Virus record (IMG/VR): IMGVR_UViG_2526164597_000011
Origin: a virus
Taxonomy: Duplodnaviria; Heunggongvirae; Uroviricota; Caudoviricetes
Length of the DNA: 29,114 bases
Strand: one strand, 5' to 3'
Shown: piece by piece, positions 26,892-29,114 of the stretch
How positions within the stretch are numbered: position 1 is the first letter of the stretch
Layout: the number at the start of each line of letters is the position of its first letter
Position numbers and translations under genes: made by a program
The notes under the pieces: model-generated
Seen by the model: only the letters and a program-made list of their open reading frames with translations
What the model was told of the DNA's origin: nothing
The model's database searches: none

Positions 26892-27143
26892 ATGAGCGAA
26901 GTAATCATGATTGTCTCTCCCGGCAAATGGGTATCCGAAGAGCAGTTAATTGCGCTGAAAGGAATAAAAAAAGGTACGTTAAAAAAGGCCCGGGAAAAAT
27001 CGTTTATGGAAGGAAGGGAATATAAGCATGTCGCTCATGACGGTATGCCATGGGATAACAGTCCATGCTTTTACAACCTGGAAGAAATTGATCGCTGGAT
27101 TGAGCGCCAGGCATCAGCAAGACCAAGACGTCATCTTACTTGA
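26892..27143 (+). CDS. Putative excisionase (Xis)
   Basis: 83-aa basic protein immediately upstream of the integrase on the same strand, with 19-nt spacing. Call is positional. Confidence 0.5.
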   Translation: MSEVIMIVSPGKWVSEEQLIALKGIKKGTLKKAREKSFMEGREYKHVAHDGMPWDNSPCFYNLEEIDRWIERQASARPRRHLT

Positions 27144-27162
27144 CTAAAAGCCACACTAACTA

Positions 27163-28383
27163 ATGAGAGAAGTTGAAATGAAATATCCGACAGGCGTGGA
27201 AAACCATGGAGGGAAATTACGTATCTGGTTTGTTTATAAAGGCGTAAGAGTCAGGGAAAACCTGGGGGTTCCTGACACAGCAAAAAACAGGCGCGTTGCA
27301 GGTGAGCTACGCGCCTCTGTTTGTTACGCAATAAAAACTGGTGTTTTCGACTATGCAAAACAGTTTCCCTCCTCACGCAATCTGGAAAAATTTGGTGAGG
27401 CCCGACAAGATTTAACCATAAAAGAACTGGCTGAAAAATTTCTGGCACTGAAAGAAACTGAAGTCGCAAAAACATCACTCAACACATACCGTGCCGTCAT
27501 CAAAAATATCCTGAGCATAATCGGTGAAAAAAATCTTGCCTCATCGATTAATAAAGAAAAATTACTGGAGGTTCGTAAAGAGCTACTGACTGGATACCAG
27601 ATCCCCAAAAGTAACTATATTGTTACACAACCAGGGAGATCGGCTGTAACTGTAAATAATTACATGACAAATCTTAACGCCGTGTTCCAGTTTGGTGTTG
27701 ATAACGGTTACCTGGCAGATAACCCGTTTAAGGGGATCTCGCCATTAAAGGAATCAAGAACCATTCCGGATCCTCTTTCGCGGGAGGAATTCATCCGTCT
27801 TATCGATGCGTGCAGAAATCAGCAAGCCAAAAATTTATGGTGTGTTTCTGTTTATACTGGCGTTCGCCCTGGTGAGCTGTGTGCACTTGGATGGGAGGAC
27901 ATAGATCTGAAAAATGGAACAATGATGATCAGGAGAAATTTAGCAAAAGACCGTTTCACGGTACCAAAAACACAGGCGGGAACCAATCGGGTCATTCATC
28001 TTATTAAGCCAGCAATCGACGCTCTCCGGAGTCAGATGACATTAACGAGACTGAGCAAAGAGCATATCATTGATGTTCACCTCAGAGAGTATGGCAGAAC
28101 AGAAAAACATAAATGCACCTTTGTTTTTCAACCTGAAGTGTCAGCGAGAGTAAAAAATTATGGTGACCATTTTACCGTTGACTCAATAAGGCAGATGTGG
28201 GACGCAGCGATAAAACGTGCCGGACTCCGCCATCGAAAATCATATCAGTCGAGACATACTTATGCCTGCTGGTCGCTGACAGCTGGTGCTAACCCGGCAT
28301 TTATAGCAAACCAGATGGGCCATGCAGATGCGCAAATGGTATTTCAGGTATACGGAAAATGGGTAATGCTGCCAACTTACTGA
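27163..28383 (+). CDS. Tyrosine integrase (IntQ-like), 3' end replaced by IS1
   Basis: Recombinase motifs (…VYTGVRPGELCALGWEDID…, …RHTYACWSLTAGANPAFIANQMGHADAQMVFQVYGKW). Native sequence ends at W (28361). The last 6 codons and the stop come from the IS1 left end starting at 28362. Likely native start is the ATG at 27178 (MKYPTGV). Confidence 0.85.
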   Translation: MREVEMKYPTGVENHGGKLRIWFVYKGVRVRENLGVPDTAKNRRVAGELRASVCYAIKTGVFDYAKQFPSSRNLEKFGEARQDLTIKELAEKFLALKETEVAKTSLNTYRAVIKNILSIIGEKNLASSINKEKLLEVRKELLTGYQIPKSNYIVTQPGRSAVTVNNYMTNLNAVFQFGVDNGYLADNPFKGISPLKESRTIPDPLSREEFIRLIDACRNQQAKNLWCVSVYTGVRPGELCALGWEDIDLKNGTMMIRRNLAKDRFTVPKTQAGTNRVIHLIKPAIDALRSQMTLTRLSKEHIIDVHLREYGRTEKHKCTFVFQPEVSARVKNYGDHFTVDSIRQMWDAAIKRAGLRHRKSYQSRHTYACWSLTAGANPAFIANQMGHADAQMVFQVYGKWVMLPTY

Positions 28384-28416
28384 TTTAGTGTATGATGGTG
28401 ATTTTAAGGTGCTTGC

Positions 28417-28692
28417 GTGGCTTCCATTTCCATCAGATGTCCTTCCTGCTCCGCTACTGAAGGCGTGGTGCGTAACGGCAAAAGCACTGCCGGACATCAG
28501 CGCTATCTCTGCTCTCATTGCCGTAAAACATGGCAACTACAGTTCACTTACACCGCCTCTCAGCCCGGTACGCACCAGAAAATCATTGATATGGCCATGA
28601 ATGGCGTCGGATGTCGCGCCAGTGCACGCATTATGGGCGTTGGCCTCAACACGGTTTTACGTCACTTAAAAAACTCAGGCCGCAGTCGGTAA
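28417..28692 (+). CDS. insA: IS1 InsA
   Basis: 91-aa product identical to insA of copy 1. Confidence 0.95.
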   Translation: MASISIRCPSCSATEGVVRNGKSTAGHQRYLCSHCRKTWQLQFTYTASQPGTHQKIIDMAMNGVGCRASARIMGVGLNTVLRHLKNSGRSR

Positions 28693-29114
28693 CCTCGCGC
28701 ATACAACCGGGCAGTGATGTGATTGTCTGCGCTGAAATGGACGAACAATGGGGCTACGTCGGTGCTAAATCACGTCAGCGCTGGCTGTTTTACGCGTATG
28801 ACAGGATACGGAGGACTGTTGTGGCGCACGTCTTCGGTGAACGCACTCTGGCCACACTGGAGCGTCTTCTGAGCCTGCTGTCGGCCTTTGAGGTCGTGGT
28901 ATGGATGACGGATGGCTGGCCGCTGTATGAATCACGCCTGAAGGGAAAGCTGCACGTTATCAGCAAGCGTTACACTCAGCGCATTGAGCGACATAATCTG
29001 AATCTGAGACAACATCTGGCAAGGCTGGGACGGAAGTCACTGTCGTTCTCAAAATCGGTGGAGCTGCATGACAAGGTCATCGGGCATTATCTGAACATAA
29101 AACACTATCAGTAA
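28611..29114 (+). CDS. insB: IS1 InsB (InsAB' catalytic part)
   Basis: 167-aa product identical to insB of copy 1. The A6C frameshift site lies at about 28666-28676. Confidence 0.95.
   Translation: MSRQCTHYGRWPQHGFTSLKKLRPQSVTSRIQPGSDVIVCAEMDEQWGYVGAKSRQRWLFYAYDRIRRTVVAHVFGERTLATLERLLSLLSAFEVVVWMTDGWPLYESRLKGKLHVISKRYTQRIERHNLNLRQHLARLGRKSLSFSKSVELHDKVIGHYLNIKHYQ

Larger units (their letters stand above)
28362..29114 (+). mobile_element. IS1: IS1 insertion sequence (second copy, inverted relative to copy 1; last ~15 bp beyond window end)
   Basis: Left end GGTAATGCTGCCAACTTACTGATTTAGTGTATGATGGTG at 28362. insA and insB proteins are identical to copy 1. Window ends at the insB stop. Confidence 0.95.

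Overview
This window is the right-hand ~29 kb of a Qin-like lambdoid prophage from an E. coli/Shigella-type genome, running from head-assembly genes to the integrase, with two identical IS1 copies in inverted orientation. On the minus strand (transcribed right to left) lie: Cro-like DicC, replication genes with an internal iteron origin, hokD, rem, a DUF968 protein, RusA, antiterminator Q, a tR'-like terminator, two tRNAs (Ile2-CAU, Arg-UCU), a cargo locus, a phage-21-type lysis cassette, IS1 copy 1, a gnsB/ynfN/cspI cluster, a putative cos region, terminase small and large subunits, gpW, portal and a protease-capsid fusion. On the plus strand lie dicA, ydfA, ydfB/C, DicF sRNA, dicB, ydfD, an 823-aa exonuclease-domain protein, xis and an integrase whose 3' end is replaced by IS1 copy 2. 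The strongest candidates for undescribed biology are (1) two paralogous lipoproteins carrying a TolA domain-III-like C-terminus at the locus where Stx phages carry stx, and (2) an AT-rich 449-aa orphan gene sitting where K-12 Qin has relBE, in opposite orientation to its neighbours. The prophage looks partly decayed: the small terminase is frameshifted in a C7 tract, the portal frame is broken near its N-terminus, and the integrase is IS1-truncated. All identifications come from reading the translations and DNA by eye against remembered family sequences; no database search was run.
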